Source of the DNA: an uncultured Halobacteriales archaeon
GTDB lineage: Archaea; Halobacteriota; Halobacteria; Halobacteriales; Halobacteriaceae
Assembly: GCA_964626045.1 (NCBI GenBank)
Contig: CAZVCA010000003.1
Span: 1-57,413 of the forward strand
Direction of reading: 5' to 3'
Length of the DNA stretch: 57,413 nucleotides
Under the pieces are notes generated by a model. That model saw only the letters and a list, made by a program, of their open reading frames with translations, searched no databases and had not been told where the DNA came from. Shown one piece after another: positions 39,116-49,180 of this stretch. The translations under genes and the position numbers were made by a program. Each line of letters begins with the position of its first letter. The stretch's first letter is position 1.

Positions 39116-39893
39116 GGCAGCGATCCGGTCGGCCTTTGGCGACGGCGCGCTCGTGCCCTACATCGTTGCCGGGGACCCGACGCCCGAAGCGACAGCCGAC
39201 TACGCCGATTCCCTGGTTGCGGGTGGGGCTGACGTCCTCGAACTCGGGCTCCCCTTCTCCGAACCGGTCGCTGACGGCCCGACGATCCAGGCTGGCATCA
39301 GACGGGCCCTCGACGCCGGGATGACTCCGGATCGGTACCTCGAGCTGGTTGCCTCCCTCGATCTCGACGTCCCGATCGTGGCGATGACCTACTACAATAT
39401 GCTCTATCGCTACGGGAACGGCGATCTCGAGGCCTTCGTCGCTGACGCGGCCGAGGCAGGGCTCTCGGGGTTGATCGTCCCCGATCTCCCCGTCGAGGAA
39501 AGCGGTCCGCTCGTGGCGGCCTGTGAATCGGCGGGCCTGGCGACTGTCTTCATCGTCGCACCGAACACGACGGCCGAACGGCTCGACCGGGTCGTCGAGC
39601 GAGCGACGGGTTTTCTCTACGTGCAAGCCAGAATGGGCACGACGGGGGCCCGCCAGGACGTCAGCGCGGACACCGCTCGCTCCTTGGATCGCCTCCCGGC
39701 CACGGAAACCCCGACTGCGGTGGGCTTCGGGGTGAGCACGGGTTCACAGGCCGAGGAAATCATCGCGGCCGGGGCCGACGGCGTCGTCGCGGGCAGTGTC
39801 TTCGTCGATATCATCGCCTCCCGGGAGAACGTCCGTCCGCGGCTGGAAGCCAAAGCCGCGGAGTTGGCGGCGGGCGTCCAGGCGGGCCGGTAA
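39108..39893 (+). CDS. trpA: Tryptophan synthase alpha subunit
   Basis: [42 protein letters not shown]. Confidence 0.97.
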   Translation: MGKAAIRSAFGDGALVPYIVAGDPTPEATADYADSLVAGGADVLELGLPFSEPVADGPTIQAGIRRALDAGMTPDRYLELVASLDLDVPIVAMTYYNMLYRYGNGDLEAFVADAAEAGLSGLIVPDLPVEESGPLVAACESAGLATVFIVAPNTTAERLDRVVERATGFLYVQARMGTTGARQDVSADTARSLDRLPATETPTAVGFGVSTGSQAEEIIAAGADGVVAGSVFVDIIASRENVRPRLEAKAAELAAGVQAGR

Positions 39894-39933
39894 ACCGGAA
39901 CGAACATACCCAACCGCTTGCTATACCCTGGCA

Positions 39934-40728
39934 ATGTCGACAGGGACCGACGCGCGGTTGGCACGCCTCGGGCGGGACGGCAAGTTCGTCACCGTACCGA
40001 TGGATCACGGCATCACGATGGGGGCAGTCGACGGCCTGAAAGACATCGAAGGGACGATCGAAGCAGTGACCGAAGGTGGCGCCGACGCGGTTCTCACCCA
40101 GAAAGGGATCGCGGATCGCGTCATCGGCCATCACAACGGGGCTGGTTATCTCATTCATCTCAACGGATCGACCGAAATCGGCCCTGACGAAGCGGACAAG
40201 CGCCAGACCGCTACCGTCGAGGAGGCGGTTCGGCTGGGTGCGGACGGTGTTTCCTTCCATATCAACGTTGGCAGCGACCACGAACCGGACCAGATCGCCG
40301 CCATGGGCGAGGTCACGGCGGCCGCTGAGCGGTTCGGGATGCCTGTGCTTGCGATGGCTTACGCCCGTGGGCCCGGCATCGACGAGCACGACGCCGAAAA
40401 CCTGGGGCATGCGGTTCGATTGGCGGAGGAACTCGGTGCGGACATCGTGAAAACGGCCTATTCTGGGGATCCGGACAGTTTCGAACACGTGACCGAATCG
40501 ACCAGCAAGCCGGTCATTATCGCTGGCGGGAGTCCATCGAGTGACAGGGCGACCCTCGAGACCGTGCGTGATTCGATCGAGGCAGGCGGGGCCGGCGTCT
40601 CGATGGGTCGCACGATTTTCCAGCACCCCGATCCTTACGCCATCTCGGGGGCGGTCGCAGCCGTGGTTCACGAGGGCATCGGTGTCGACGCGGCGATGGA
40701 TCGGTTCGACCTCCCAGTCGACCCCTGA
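39934..40728 (+). CDS. aroA': 2-amino-3,7-dideoxy-D-threo-hept-6-ulosonate synthase (DhnA-type aldolase)
   Basis: PMDHGITMG, HLNGST, MAYARG, ELGADIVKTAY, MGRTIFQH; clustered with trp and DHQ synthase II. Confidence 0.9.
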   Translation: MSTGTDARLARLGRDGKFVTVPMDHGITMGAVDGLKDIEGTIEAVTEGGADAVLTQKGIADRVIGHHNGAGYLIHLNGSTEIGPDEADKRQTATVEEAVRLGADGVSFHINVGSDHEPDQIAAMGEVTAAAERFGMPVLAMAYARGPGIDEHDAENLGHAVRLAEELGADIVKTAYSGDPDSFEHVTESTSKPVIIAGGSPSSDRATLETVRDSIEAGGAGVSMGRTIFQHPDPYAISGAVAAVVHEGIGVDAAMDRFDLPVDP

Positions 40729-41382
40729 TCAGCCCCGAAGCAGGTTGAGCACTTCGTCGACGACGTCCGGTTCGACCGCAACGACGTACTGCTTGCCCGG
40801 ATCGAGCGTGGTTTCTGGCCCCGCGATACATTCACATTCGTCATCGGAGACGATCAGTGTCCCCTCCGGAAATCGCACCTCCGAGAGGGCTTTCCCGGCC
40901 GCCGGCGCGTCCTCGGCCACGCGAATCTGCATGATATCGAGGGAACTGGTCACGTCAGCGAGCGTCCGGACGTCACTCCCGACGATTTCGTTTGCGGCCA
41001 CCCGTGCACCGGGGTGTTCGGGAAACACGACGGCATCGACGAAACGAGTGTAGGCTTCCCGTTCAGCCTGCTCGATCCGGGTGACGGTTCGTATCTCCGG
41101 GTTGAGTTCCCTGGCAACCAGACAGATCGCGAGGTTCAGGCCGGCGTCGCCGGTGAGTGCTGCGATGGCGTCCGCGTTCTCGAGCCCCGCCTGTTCGAGG
41201 ATGTCGGGGTTCGTGGCGTCGCCTTCGATGACCGTCGCGATCCATTCGTCCGCGATTTCGGTGATCCTGTCACTGTCCCATTCGATGATGGTCACGTCGT
41301 CGCCGCGGTCGGCGAGGATTTCGGCGGTTCGAAAGCCGACGCGTCCACCACCGGCGATGATGACGTCGAGTTTTCCTGTCAT
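40729..41382 (-). CDS. TrkA-family RCK protein (TrkA-N plus TrkA-C)
   Basis: IIAGGGRVG Rossmann motif, EGDATNPDILEQAG, APAAGKALSEV. Confidence 0.9.
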   Translation of the reverse strand: MTGKLDVIIAGGGRVGFRTAEILADRGDDVTIIEWDSDRITEIADEWIATVIEGDATNPDILEQAGLENADAIAALTGDAGLNLAICLVARELNPEIRTVTRIEQAEREAYTRFVDAVVFPEHPGARVAANEIVGSDVRTLADVTSSLDIMQIRVAEDAPAAGKALSEVRFPEGTLIVSDDECECIAGPETTLDPGKQYVVAVEPDVVDEVLNLLRG

Positions 41383-42824
41383 GGTTCGGGTGTCGGGTCC
41401 GTTGACTCGATTTCGGTGTGCGATCGGTCGTTGCCAGGTCGAATGACGAGGAGATACGTCAGGGCGCCGGCCACGAGCCAGCCGCCGCTCAACACGAGTG
41501 CCCGCGGGTCCGTTCGGAGGAGATACCAGCCAAGGACCACCGTCAACAGGAGATTCAGGAGGATCCCCATGATCGGTGGGACGGGGTAGAACGGCATGGT
41601 GTACGGCCGATTCATGTCGGGGCGTTCCCGGCGCAACTTGATGACCGCTCCATTCACGACGATAAAGGAAAGCAGGAAGAAGAGACTCGACATGTTGCCC
41701 GCGCTCTTGGTGGGCAGGGCCACCGAGGAGAGCATCACCACCCCGCTCAGGACGATGGCGGCAAACGGCGTCCCGAACCGGTGATGGATGTGGCCAAGCG
41801 ATTCCCGCAGTTGGCCCTCCCTCCCCATCGCAAAGGCGACACGTGAGGAGGCGATAACCACCGCGTTGAGTGCGGTGAGCGTGGAGAAGACCGCCCCGAA
41901 AACGATGATCGCACCGCCGTTCTGAATGATGGGGATCCCGGTGGGCATAAACGCGGTCGCGGCCCGGGCGATCCCGGCTTCCCCGGCAGCGGCGAGATCG
42001 ACCGCTCCGAGCGTTCCGATGGCCACCGTTACCACGGCCAGATAGACGATGATCGTCATCCCGAGACTCGCGAAAATCGCCTTGGGAATGTTTTTACGGG
42101 GGTTCTTGACCTCCTCGGTCACCGTCGTGATGAGGTCGTATCCCTCGAAGGCGATAAAGGTCAATCCCATCGCCGGAAGCACTGACAGGGCACCGTTGGC
42201 ACCGGTGAAGTAGGGCTGGAATTCCGCACCGGAAAACATCGGTGACAGGGCCCCGAAGGCGACGAAGATGACCAGGATCGAGACCTTGATCACCGTGAAG
42301 ACGGTTTCCAGCCGGCCGCTGGCCGCCGTCGAGAGGGCATTGAGCACGACGAGGAAGAAGACGGCCACGAAGGCGAGGGACACCGCTGGCGGGATCGACA
42401 GCCCGAGGATCGGGACGACCACGGCATCGATCGCTCCAGGGGGTGGCACGAATCCATAGACGTGGAGCAGTTCGAGGAAGTTCGGTGCAAACCCGAGCGC
42501 GTACAGCGCCCCGGCAATCATATAGGCAAACCAGAGCATCCACCCCATCATGAAGGAGGTGATATCGTCGAAAATCTCGCGAACGAACGCGTATCCGCCG
42601 CCACTCTTCGGAATGGCACTGGCGAGTTCCGCATAGGAGAGGGCGGTAAATCCGGTGACGATTCCGTTCAGCGCGAAGACCAGGATCGCCGCTGGCCCGG
42701 CGATCTCGCTGGCCAGACCGGTCAAAACGAAAATCCCTGCCCCGATCATCGCTCCCATCCCGATCATCGTGGCATCGAGCAGCCCGAGATTGGCCTGCGG
42801 GGAGCGGCTCTCCTGGGCGCTCAT
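41379..42824 (-). CDS. APC-family amino acid permease
   Basis: GAMIGAGIFVL, YAELASAIPKSGGGY, FIAFEGYDLI, EEVKNP, RPYTMPFYP. Start could extend to 42875. Confidence 0.92.
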   Translation of the reverse strand: MSAQESRSPQANLGLLDATMIGMGAMIGAGIFVLTGLASEIAGPAAILVFALNGIVTGFTALSYAELASAIPKSGGGYAFVREIFDDITSFMMGWMLWFAYMIAGALYALGFAPNFLELLHVYGFVPPPGAIDAVVVPILGLSIPPAVSLAFVAVFFLVVLNALSTAASGRLETVFTVIKVSILVIFVAFGALSPMFSGAEFQPYFTGANGALSVLPAMGLTFIAFEGYDLITTVTEEVKNPRKNIPKAIFASLGMTIIVYLAVVTVAIGTLGAVDLAAAGEAGIARAATAFMPTGIPIIQNGGAIIVFGAVFSTLTALNAVVIASSRVAFAMGREGQLRESLGHIHHRFGTPFAAIVLSGVVMLSSVALPTKSAGNMSSLFFLLSFIVVNGAVIKLRRERPDMNRPYTMPFYPVPPIMGILLNLLLTVVLGWYLLRTDPRALVLSGGWLVAGALTYLLVIRPGNDRSHTEIESTDPTPEP

Positions 42825-42973
42825 GGCAAATTCCCCCACAGCCATCCTCGGCAGTTCCGTCTCGATGGGATCCACGTCATCGGTCGGTCCATTCCGGACT
42901 GGGGGCGCCGGGCCCTTTACTTTATACCCCGCTTTCCGGCACGTTCAAGGCCGCCCCACGTATGTGACCACGT

Positions 42974-44137
42974 ATGACACGCAGCGTCTGGCTCAAAGCC
43001 GACGACGAGGTCGGCGACTGGGAAACGCGCAAGCGGCGCATTACGGCCGGTCTGGAAGCCGGCGTGGACTGGATTCTCGTCGACGAGTGGGACGTCGACC
43101 GCGTCCGGGAACTCGGGACTGTCAACGTGGCCGCCTTCGTCACCGACGACGTGGACGTCATCGGGGACGAGGCCGAGTCACTGGGGGATGCAGATCGCTA
43201 TATCGTCGGCAAAGACGGGGAAGGTGACGGCACCATCGAACTCCCGAGTGATTTCGCCGGTTCGCCCGACCTCTCGACGCTTCGACGCGAGGGGGCCGAC
43301 GGCGCCTACGTCCGCATTCTCGGGCCCGCCTACGAGGAGTTCGCCGCCGCGGCCGCCGAGGATGCCGACTCGACGATCGTGGTCGGTGAGGACTGGCAGA
43401 TCATCCCGCTCGAGAACCTCATCGCCCGCATTGGCGGCGAGACGGAGTTGATCGCCGGGGTGACCACCGCCGAGGAAGCCGAAACGGCCTTCGAAACCCT
43501 CGAACTCGGCGCAGACGGGGTCCTCCTCGACACCGACGATCCGGACGAGATCCGCAACACGGTCAGCGTCAGGGACGACTTCGAACGCGAGCAACTGGAC
43601 CTGGAGTATGCCACCGTCACCGCGATCGAACCCGCCGGGAGCGCGGATCGGGTCTGTGTGGATACGGGGAGTCTCTTCGATCACGACGAGGGCATGTTGA
43701 TCGGCAGCATGTCCCGGGGACTGTTCTTCGTCCACGCGGAAACCGCCGATTCGCCCTACGTGGCCTCGCGTCCGTTCAGAGTCAACGCCGGGGCCGTCCA
43801 CGCGTACGCGAGACAGCCCGACGGCTCCACAACCTACCTCTCTGAGCTCGGGAGTGGGGACGACGTTCAGGTAGTCGACACGGAGGGACACACCCGCGAA
43901 GCCGTCGTCGGTCGGGCGAAGATCGAACGCCGTCCGATGTTCCGCCTCCAGGCCGAAACCGCGGACGGTGACCGTATCGAGACACTCATCCAGAACGCCG
44001 AAACGATCAAAGTGCAGACGGAGTCGGGACGGACTGCGGTGACCGATCTGGAAGCCGGTGATTCGGTGCTCGTCTACACCCAACCCGGTGGTCGGCACTT
44101 CGGCGAGTCGATCGACGAGCGCATTATCGAACAGTAA
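42974..44137 (+). CDS. aroB': 3-dehydroquinate synthase II
   Basis: DWQIIPLENLIA, ADRVCVDTGS, SRPFRVNAGAVHAY, QNAETIK, GRHFGE. Confidence 0.96.
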   Translation: MTRSVWLKADDEVGDWETRKRRITAGLEAGVDWILVDEWDVDRVRELGTVNVAAFVTDDVDVIGDEAESLGDADRYIVGKDGEGDGTIELPSDFAGSPDLSTLRREGADGAYVRILGPAYEEFAAAAAEDADSTIVVGEDWQIIPLENLIARIGGETELIAGVTTAEEAETAFETLELGADGVLLDTDDPDEIRNTVSVRDDFEREQLDLEYATVTAIEPAGSADRVCVDTGSLFDHDEGMLIGSMSRGLFFVHAETADSPYVASRPFRVNAGAVHAYARQPDGSTTYLSELGSGDDVQVVDTEGHTREAVVGRAKIERRPMFRLQAETADGDRIETLIQNAETIKVQTESGRTAVTDLEAGDSVLVYTQPGGRHFGESIDERIIEQ

Positions 44138-44578
44138 TTAGCGGGGTGCCGGCGGTTCGTCGGACTCCTCCGGTTCGAGCCGGGTCGTACACCACGGACA
44201 GAAGTCGAGGTCTTCGTCGAGTTCTTTGCCACATTCCGGACACGTGGCCGCGTCGGCGGTTGGCTCTTTCGTGACTGTTTGTTGGAGGCCGGTGAGATAG
44301 GCGTCGAGCGCGTTCAGCACCCGGACGACCGTCATGCTCAAAATCGCCTCCATCGGGAGGTTTCGACTCGCGTCGAGGAGCCCCGAAAACCCGTTCGCTT
44401 CGTAGGCCGCATACGCCGATTCGGGCATGACCATCGCGGCCGCGATCAGCGCGACGACGAACCAGGCGATCGCTCGAAGCCAGGCCCGGAGATAGAGATG
44501 TCCGAGGCCGGGATACACGAGCGCGAGGACGGCGGCGACGAGTGATCGGCGCGTGAACCAGGTCCGCTGCACAGACAC
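44138..44578 (-). CDS. Membrane protein with C-terminal zinc ribbon
   Basis: TM2-like YPGLGHLYL; CPECGKELDEDLDFCPWC. Confidence 0.82.
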   Translation of the reverse strand: MSVQRTWFTRRSLVAAVLALVYPGLGHLYLRAWLRAIAWFVVALIAAAMVMPESAYAAYEANGFSGLLDASRNLPMEAILSMTVVRVLNALDAYLTGLQQTVTKEPTADAATCPECGKELDEDLDFCPWCTTRLEPEESDEPPAPR

Positions 44579-44605
44579 TGATTCGGGACTTCGACGGTTA
44601 AGTCT

Positions 44606-45298
44606 TTAAAATCGGCCGCCCCCGCCGAACGTGTCCACCAGGGAGGCGAGTGTCTGGAGGTCGAGTTGGCCCGGCGCGGTGGCCTCCGAAACCGGCGCGT
44701 ACCCGAGCTTCGATCCGTAAATTGGGGCAATCGCTCGGGAATGGGAGCCGCTTGCTCCCATCGCCATCGTCGCCACGGTCCGCCCTTCGCGGGTTAGATC
44801 GAGGGTCGCCTGGAGCAGGGTGAGAACGTCGTCCAACTCTGTCGGGGTCACGGCCAGTTTCGCGATCGAGCCGTATTGACAGCCGCGATGGGCGAAGTCG
44901 ACCAGGGTCTGCCGGGAGGGGGTCCGCTCGAAATCGTGTTTCGAGACGACGATCGAGATGTCCGCCGCGGCCGCTGCCTCGCGAACTGGCGACAGGTCGA
45001 CCAACTTGTCGGGATATTCGAGGGCCCGGAGTTCGAGGTCAACTGCACTGACGGAGGAATATTCGAGTGCCTCGAGGAGTTCGTCTCGTCTGTCTGGGCC
45101 CTCCTCGCGGTCGCCGCCCTCCCACGCCGGCCGGTTCGTTACGAGGATATCGAGGTCCCCCTCGTAGGCCTGGAGCTGGGCGAGTGGATCCGCGGCCAGG
45201 TCCATCCGGAATTCGAGCACATCGGCGTGGGGGCGGGCCGCTGGTTCCTCGCTCAGGTCGGGTGTCGAGGCGACCAGCTGAAACGAGTCGAAATCCAT
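44606..45298 (-). CDS. aroD: Type I 3-dehydroquinate dehydratase
   Basis: EFRMD, TNRPAWEGG, SKHDFERTP, AKLAVTP, MAMG..GSHSR, TAPGQ. Confidence 0.95.
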   Translation of the reverse strand: MDFDSFQLVASTPDLSEEPAARPHADVLEFRMDLAADPLAQLQAYEGDLDILVTNRPAWEGGDREEGPDRRDELLEALEYSSVSAVDLELRALEYPDKLVDLSPVREAAAAADISIVVSKHDFERTPSRQTLVDFAHRGCQYGSIAKLAVTPTELDDVLTLLQATLDLTREGRTVATMAMGASGSHSRAIAPIYGSKLGYAPVSEATAPGQLDLQTLASLVDTFGGGGRF

Positions 45299-45304
45299 CG
45301 ACGG

Positions 45305-46255
45305 TTAGACTGGTATCGAATCTTCGGCCTCGAGGAGTTCGTGATAGCGGTTGCGGATCGTGACCTCCGAGATGTCGGCGACGTCGCTGACTTTCGCCTG
45401 GGTGGTCTTCTCGTTCGTGAGGAGGGCGGCGGCGTAAACGGCCGCCGCGGCCAGGCCCACGGGGCTTTTCCCGCTGTGGACGCCTTTCTGCTTCGCGTTT
45501 TCCAGCAGTTCGCGGGCCCGATGCTGGGCCTCGTCGCTCAGTTCGAGCGAGGACGCAAAGCGCGGGACGTAGCTGGCCGGATCGGCCGGCTTGACTTCAA
45601 GCCCGAGTTCCCGGATGACGTAGCGATAGGTGCGAGCGATCTCGTCTTTGTCGACCCGGCTCACGTCGTTGATCTCGTCCAGGCTCCGGGGAACGCCCGC
45701 CTGCCTGGCCGCGGCGTAGACACAGGAGGTCGCCACGCCTTCGATCGAGCGGCCCGGAAGGAGGTCGTCCTCGAGGGCACGACGGTAGATGACCGAGGCC
45801 GTCTCCCGGACGTTGTCCGGCAGGCCGAGGGCGCTTGCCATCCGGTCGATTTCGCCAAGGGCCTGTTTCAGGTTGCGCTCTTTCGCGTCGCGGGTGCGAA
45901 AGCGCTCGTTCCACTTGCGCAGGCGCTGCATCTTCTGGCGCTGCCGGGAGCCAAGCGAGTTGCCGTAGGCGTCTTTGTTGCGCCAGTCGATGTTCGTCGA
46001 GAGTCCCTTGTCGTGCATCGTGTTCGTCGTGGGTGCGCCCACGCGGGACTTCTCGTCTTTCTCCTGGGAGTCAAAGGCCCGCCATTCGGGCCCCCGATCG
46101 ATGCCTTCCTCCTCGACGACGAGCCCACAGTCCGCACAGACTTTCTCACTGTGTTCCTCGTCGTGAACGACCAGGCCGCCACATTCCGGGCAGGCGTCGG
46201 TTTGCTCGGTGTCGGTCTCCTCTCGTTCGCGAGATCTGAGTGTTGCGTTTGACAT
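45305..46255 (-). CDS. tfb: Transcription initiation factor IIB (paralog 2, tfbF-like position)
   Basis: CPECGG...CADCG, GPEWRAF, cyclin repeats, EVTIRNRY. Confidence 0.97.
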   Translation of the reverse strand: MSNATLRSREREETDTEQTDACPECGGLVVHDEEHSEKVCADCGLVVEEEGIDRGPEWRAFDSQEKDEKSRVGAPTTNTMHDKGLSTNIDWRNKDAYGNSLGSRQRQKMQRLRKWNERFRTRDAKERNLKQALGEIDRMASALGLPDNVRETASVIYRRALEDDLLPGRSIEGVATSCVYAAARQAGVPRSLDEINDVSRVDKDEIARTYRYVIRELGLEVKPADPASYVPRFASSLELSDEAQHRARELLENAKQKGVHSGKSPVGLAAAAVYAAALLTNEKTTQAKVSDVADISEVTIRNRYHELLEAEDSIPV

Positions 46256-46306
46256 ATGTGTAATCCGGATTGGGAGATTCGGTGGACCATCGGTTTCGAC
46301 AAAAGG

Positions 46307-46330
46307 TACTTAATAGTTGGGTTTTCGTTT
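46307..46330 (-). promoter_or_regulatory. BRE/TATA of tfb paralog 2
   Basis: Minus strand reads AAAACGAAAACCCAACTATTAAGTA, about 52-75 nt upstream of ATG, implying a short 5' UTR. Confidence 0.5.
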
Positions 46331-46464
46331 TGTGAAGGTGCCGTTGTGGTTTCCCTTTCCGTGGAATTTTTTCGCATGTGAGTAAGTGCCGCGGTCCGTC
46401 GAAACACCCATCCGATTGTCGGTAACGTCGAAACACTCATTGGATCGCCGGCGAAGCCACTCCC

Positions 46465-46980
46465 ATGCGCGTTGCCGTCGGCAGCGAGAATCCGGTCAAA
46501 TACCGGGCGACCGTGGGCGCACTGGGAGAGCTTTCGACCGCGATCGACCGTGTGGCCGTCGATTCGGGGGTTCCTGAGCAGCCGATGAGCACCGTCGAAA
46601 CGATCGACGGGGCGAAAAACCGTGCAGAGCGGGCCCGGGCGAGTGGGGGGTATGATCTCGGTGTCGGCCTCGAGGGAGGGGTGACAACCGTCGAGGGGAC
46701 CGATGGCTGGTTTCTGACGATGTGGGCGGCCGTGACCGACGGCGAGGACTGTTCGGTCGGTGCCGGCCCCCGACTCCGCCTGCCGGACGAGATCGCCCGG
46801 GACTTAGAGCAGGGAGCGGAACTCGGGCCGCTTCTGGACGACATTTTGGGGACGGAGGAAATCAAGAAAGGGCGCGGAGCCGTCGGGGTATTCACCGGGA
46901 ACACAGTCGGTCGCGAGGACGCCCTTCGCCACGCGGTTGCGATGGCGCTTGGCCCCTTCGTGACAGGCCATTACGACTGA
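46465..46980 (+). CDS. yjjX: Inosine/xanthosine triphosphatase (YjjX/DUF84)
   Basis: VGSENPVK, SGVPEQP, GAKNRA, GVGLEGG, GAVGVFT. Confidence 0.92.
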   Translation: MRVAVGSENPVKYRATVGALGELSTAIDRVAVDSGVPEQPMSTVETIDGAKNRAERARASGGYDLGVGLEGGVTTVEGTDGWFLTMWAAVTDGEDCSVGAGPRLRLPDEIARDLEQGAELGPLLDDILGTEEIKKGRGAVGVFTGNTVGREDALRHAVAMALGPFVTGHYD

Positions 46981-48803
46981 TCAACCGGCTCCTCGGCGTC
47001 GATCTCCCCTGAGCCGTGCATAGCTTCGGTCAGGGAGACGTTCAGTGTCACCATCGACGCGGCACCGCCGAGGACCGTGATCGCGTTTTTGATCCCGTGA
47101 TCGACGATCGCGGCGCCGAAGGCGATCGCCGGGGAGACCCCCGCCATCGCGACGACGAGAACCGTAAACGCTCCTTCGTACAGACCGATTCCGCCGGGGG
47201 AGAGTGGCAAAACCTTCGCTAGGTTGCCGACGCTCACCGCGAAAAAGCCGACTGCCAACAGGAGCCCCCACGGGACCGAGATTCCAAAGGCCAGGAAGAC
47301 GAGCAGGGCGGTGACGACGTCGATCACCCAGATGAGCACGCTCGCGACCCCAACCCGACCGAAAGCTCGGGGTTCGGCGGCGACCTGCTGGACGTCGCTG
47401 ACGAACCGTTCGAGAATCGTGGCGACGAACTCGACGTAGGAGTCGTCCGAGGCCCATTCGATGATCCGACGGATCCGGTTGCGGTCCGACCGAGCCGAGA
47501 GGACGATCGCGAGGACGGCCCCGATCGCGCCACTCCCGACGACGGCGGCGACCCCGATGGCGGTTCTGGCACTTTCACCGGTGCCGGACATACCGACCCC
47601 TTCCCCGAGGGTCCGGCTCAACGCGGCGATCTGCTCCGGCGCGAAAAGCACCATCCCGATGAGAACACTGCCGGCCAAAAGCGTGATCGTCAGCAGGTCG
47701 AACACCCGTTCGACCGCGAGGGAAGCGAAACCCGTCGTATATGGGACCGCTCGCCGGGCCTTGACGACGTAGGCCCGAACGGCGTCACCGGCCCGCGCCG
47801 GGAAGACGAGATTGCCGGTCTGGCTGATGAAGATCGCTCCCGTGAGAAAGCCGGCTTTCTCCCGATATCCCAGCGCCGCCAGGATGTCGGCGTAGCGTCG
47901 GCCACGGATCGGCCAGGAGAGCAGGTAGACGATGGCTGCCAGGCCGATGAGCCCGGGGTCCGCGCTCAGGATTTCGGTGATGACCCGCTCGACGTCGAGG
48001 TAGAGGAACATTAGTCCGATCGCGAGAATCGACAGGAGGAGCCCGGCGAGCATCCCCGTGCGGCGGTTTGCGTACGGTCGGACCCGCAGTTCCCAGGCGG
48101 TTCGCAGGATCTGACTGCCCATCCCCAGGACGTCCCGCACCAGGTCGACCTTGGAGTCCCCTTTCGGTTCCCACTCGACGGCGAACTCCTTGACCGCGAA
48201 TCCCTGTCGCTGGGCTTTGACCAGCATCTCGGTGTCCCAGAACCAGTGGGCGTCTTTCACGGCCGGTCGCAGGGCTTCGAAGGCCTCCCGACTGAAGGCC
48301 TTGAACCCGGCCTGGTGGTCTCGTAACTCCGAATCGAGGAGCGTGCGAACGAGGAGATTGAAGCCGCGACTCGAGATCGCCCGTTTGGGTGGCCGGTCCG
48401 CCTCCTCACCTGGCATCCAGCGTGACCCCGTCGCGAGGTCGTACCCGCCCGAACGCACACTTTCGACCAGCTCTTCGAGGTGGGCCATGTCCGTCGCGAG
48501 GTCCGTATCGAAGTAGACCAACGTCTCGCCGGCCGCCGATTCGAAGGCGCGGTTCAACGCTTCACCCCGGCCCAACCGATCGTCGCTGTGAAAGTGTGAC
48601 ACCCGGCTGTTCTCGGCCGCGAGGCGATCGGCGATGGCCGGCGTTCGGTCCTCACAACCGTCCTCTGCGATGATGACTTCGAAGGTCTCCGGATCGAGAA
48701 AGGTCTCGAGCGTCTCGATTGTCACCCTCACCGTCGACTCGATGGTGGCCTCCTCGTTGTACGCGGGGAGGACGACACTCACCTCGACGGCCGACCGGTC
48801 CAT
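46971..48803 (-). CDS. aglD: Dolichol-phosphate glycosyltransferase with C-terminal flippase-like membrane domain (AglD-like)
   Basis: VLPAYNEE, EDGCED, YFDTDLATD, DHQAGFKA, WFWDTE; membrane domain FPARAGD, ERVFDL, PGGIGLYE. Confidence 0.88.
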   Translation of the reverse strand: MDRSAVEVSVVLPAYNEEATIESTVRVTIETLETFLDPETFEVIIAEDGCEDRTPAIADRLAAENSRVSHFHSDDRLGRGEALNRAFESAAGETLVYFDTDLATDMAHLEELVESVRSGGYDLATGSRWMPGEEADRPPKRAISSRGFNLLVRTLLDSELRDHQAGFKAFSREAFEALRPAVKDAHWFWDTEMLVKAQRQGFAVKEFAVEWEPKGDSKVDLVRDVLGMGSQILRTAWELRVRPYANRRTGMLAGLLLSILAIGLMFLYLDVERVITEILSADPGLIGLAAIVYLLSWPIRGRRYADILAALGYREKAGFLTGAIFISQTGNLVFPARAGDAVRAYVVKARRAVPYTTGFASLAVERVFDLLTITLLAGSVLIGMVLFAPEQIAALSRTLGEGVGMSGTGESARTAIGVAAVVGSGAIGAVLAIVLSARSDRNRIRRIIEWASDDSYVEFVATILERFVSDVQQVAAEPRAFGRVGVASVLIWVIDVVTALLVFLAFGISVPWGLLLAVGFFAVSVGNLAKVLPLSPGGIGLYEGAFTVLVVAMAGVSPAIAFGAAIVDHGIKNAITVLGGAASMVTLNVSLTEAMHGSGEIDAEEPVDQS

Positions 48804-48931
48804 GTGTCCCGGGTCGGGGAGGCCCAGATAAGAACTTTCTGAAGGGATCCGGGCGGATCGGCGCCGTCCGATCGCCTCGATTAACGGTTCGTACCAAACC
48901 ACCTTTTGAAAGACCGCCCCTTGAGACGTTC

Positions 48932-49180
48932 ATGAGCGCCTCGGCATCGTCACCGGACACGGACACACTCACCTCGAAACAGCGCCAAATCCTCGGATAT
49001 CTCCATCAACGGGTTCCCGAGGAGACGTACTTCAAGTCCAGGCTCATCGGCGCGGAACTCGAGTTGTCGGCGAAGGAGGTCGGCTCGAACCTGGCCACGC
49101 TCGCGAGTGCCGACCACGACCTCGACATCGAGCGATGGGGCTATTCCTCCTCGACGACCTGGCAGGTTACCACCGCCTGA
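48932..49180 (+). CDS. Small haloarchaeal HTH-like protein
   Basis: LTSKQRQILGYL, YFKSRLIGAELELSAKEVG, IERWGYSSSTTWQV. Confidence 0.8.
   Translation: MSASASSPDTDTLTSKQRQILGYLHQRVPEETYFKSRLIGAELELSAKEVGSNLATLASADHDLDIERWGYSSSTTWQVTTA

Noticed and set aside
42956-42976. CCACGTATG repeated twice at the aroB' start, as a possible target-site duplication of the APC/TrkA cassette
   Set aside because: Both copies are on the same side of the cassette and I saw no copy at the 40728 junction.
48848-48875. GC-rich hairpin between aglD and the small HTH gene
   Set aside because: Short and imperfect, expected by chance at this GC content, and located between divergent genes, so not a terminator.
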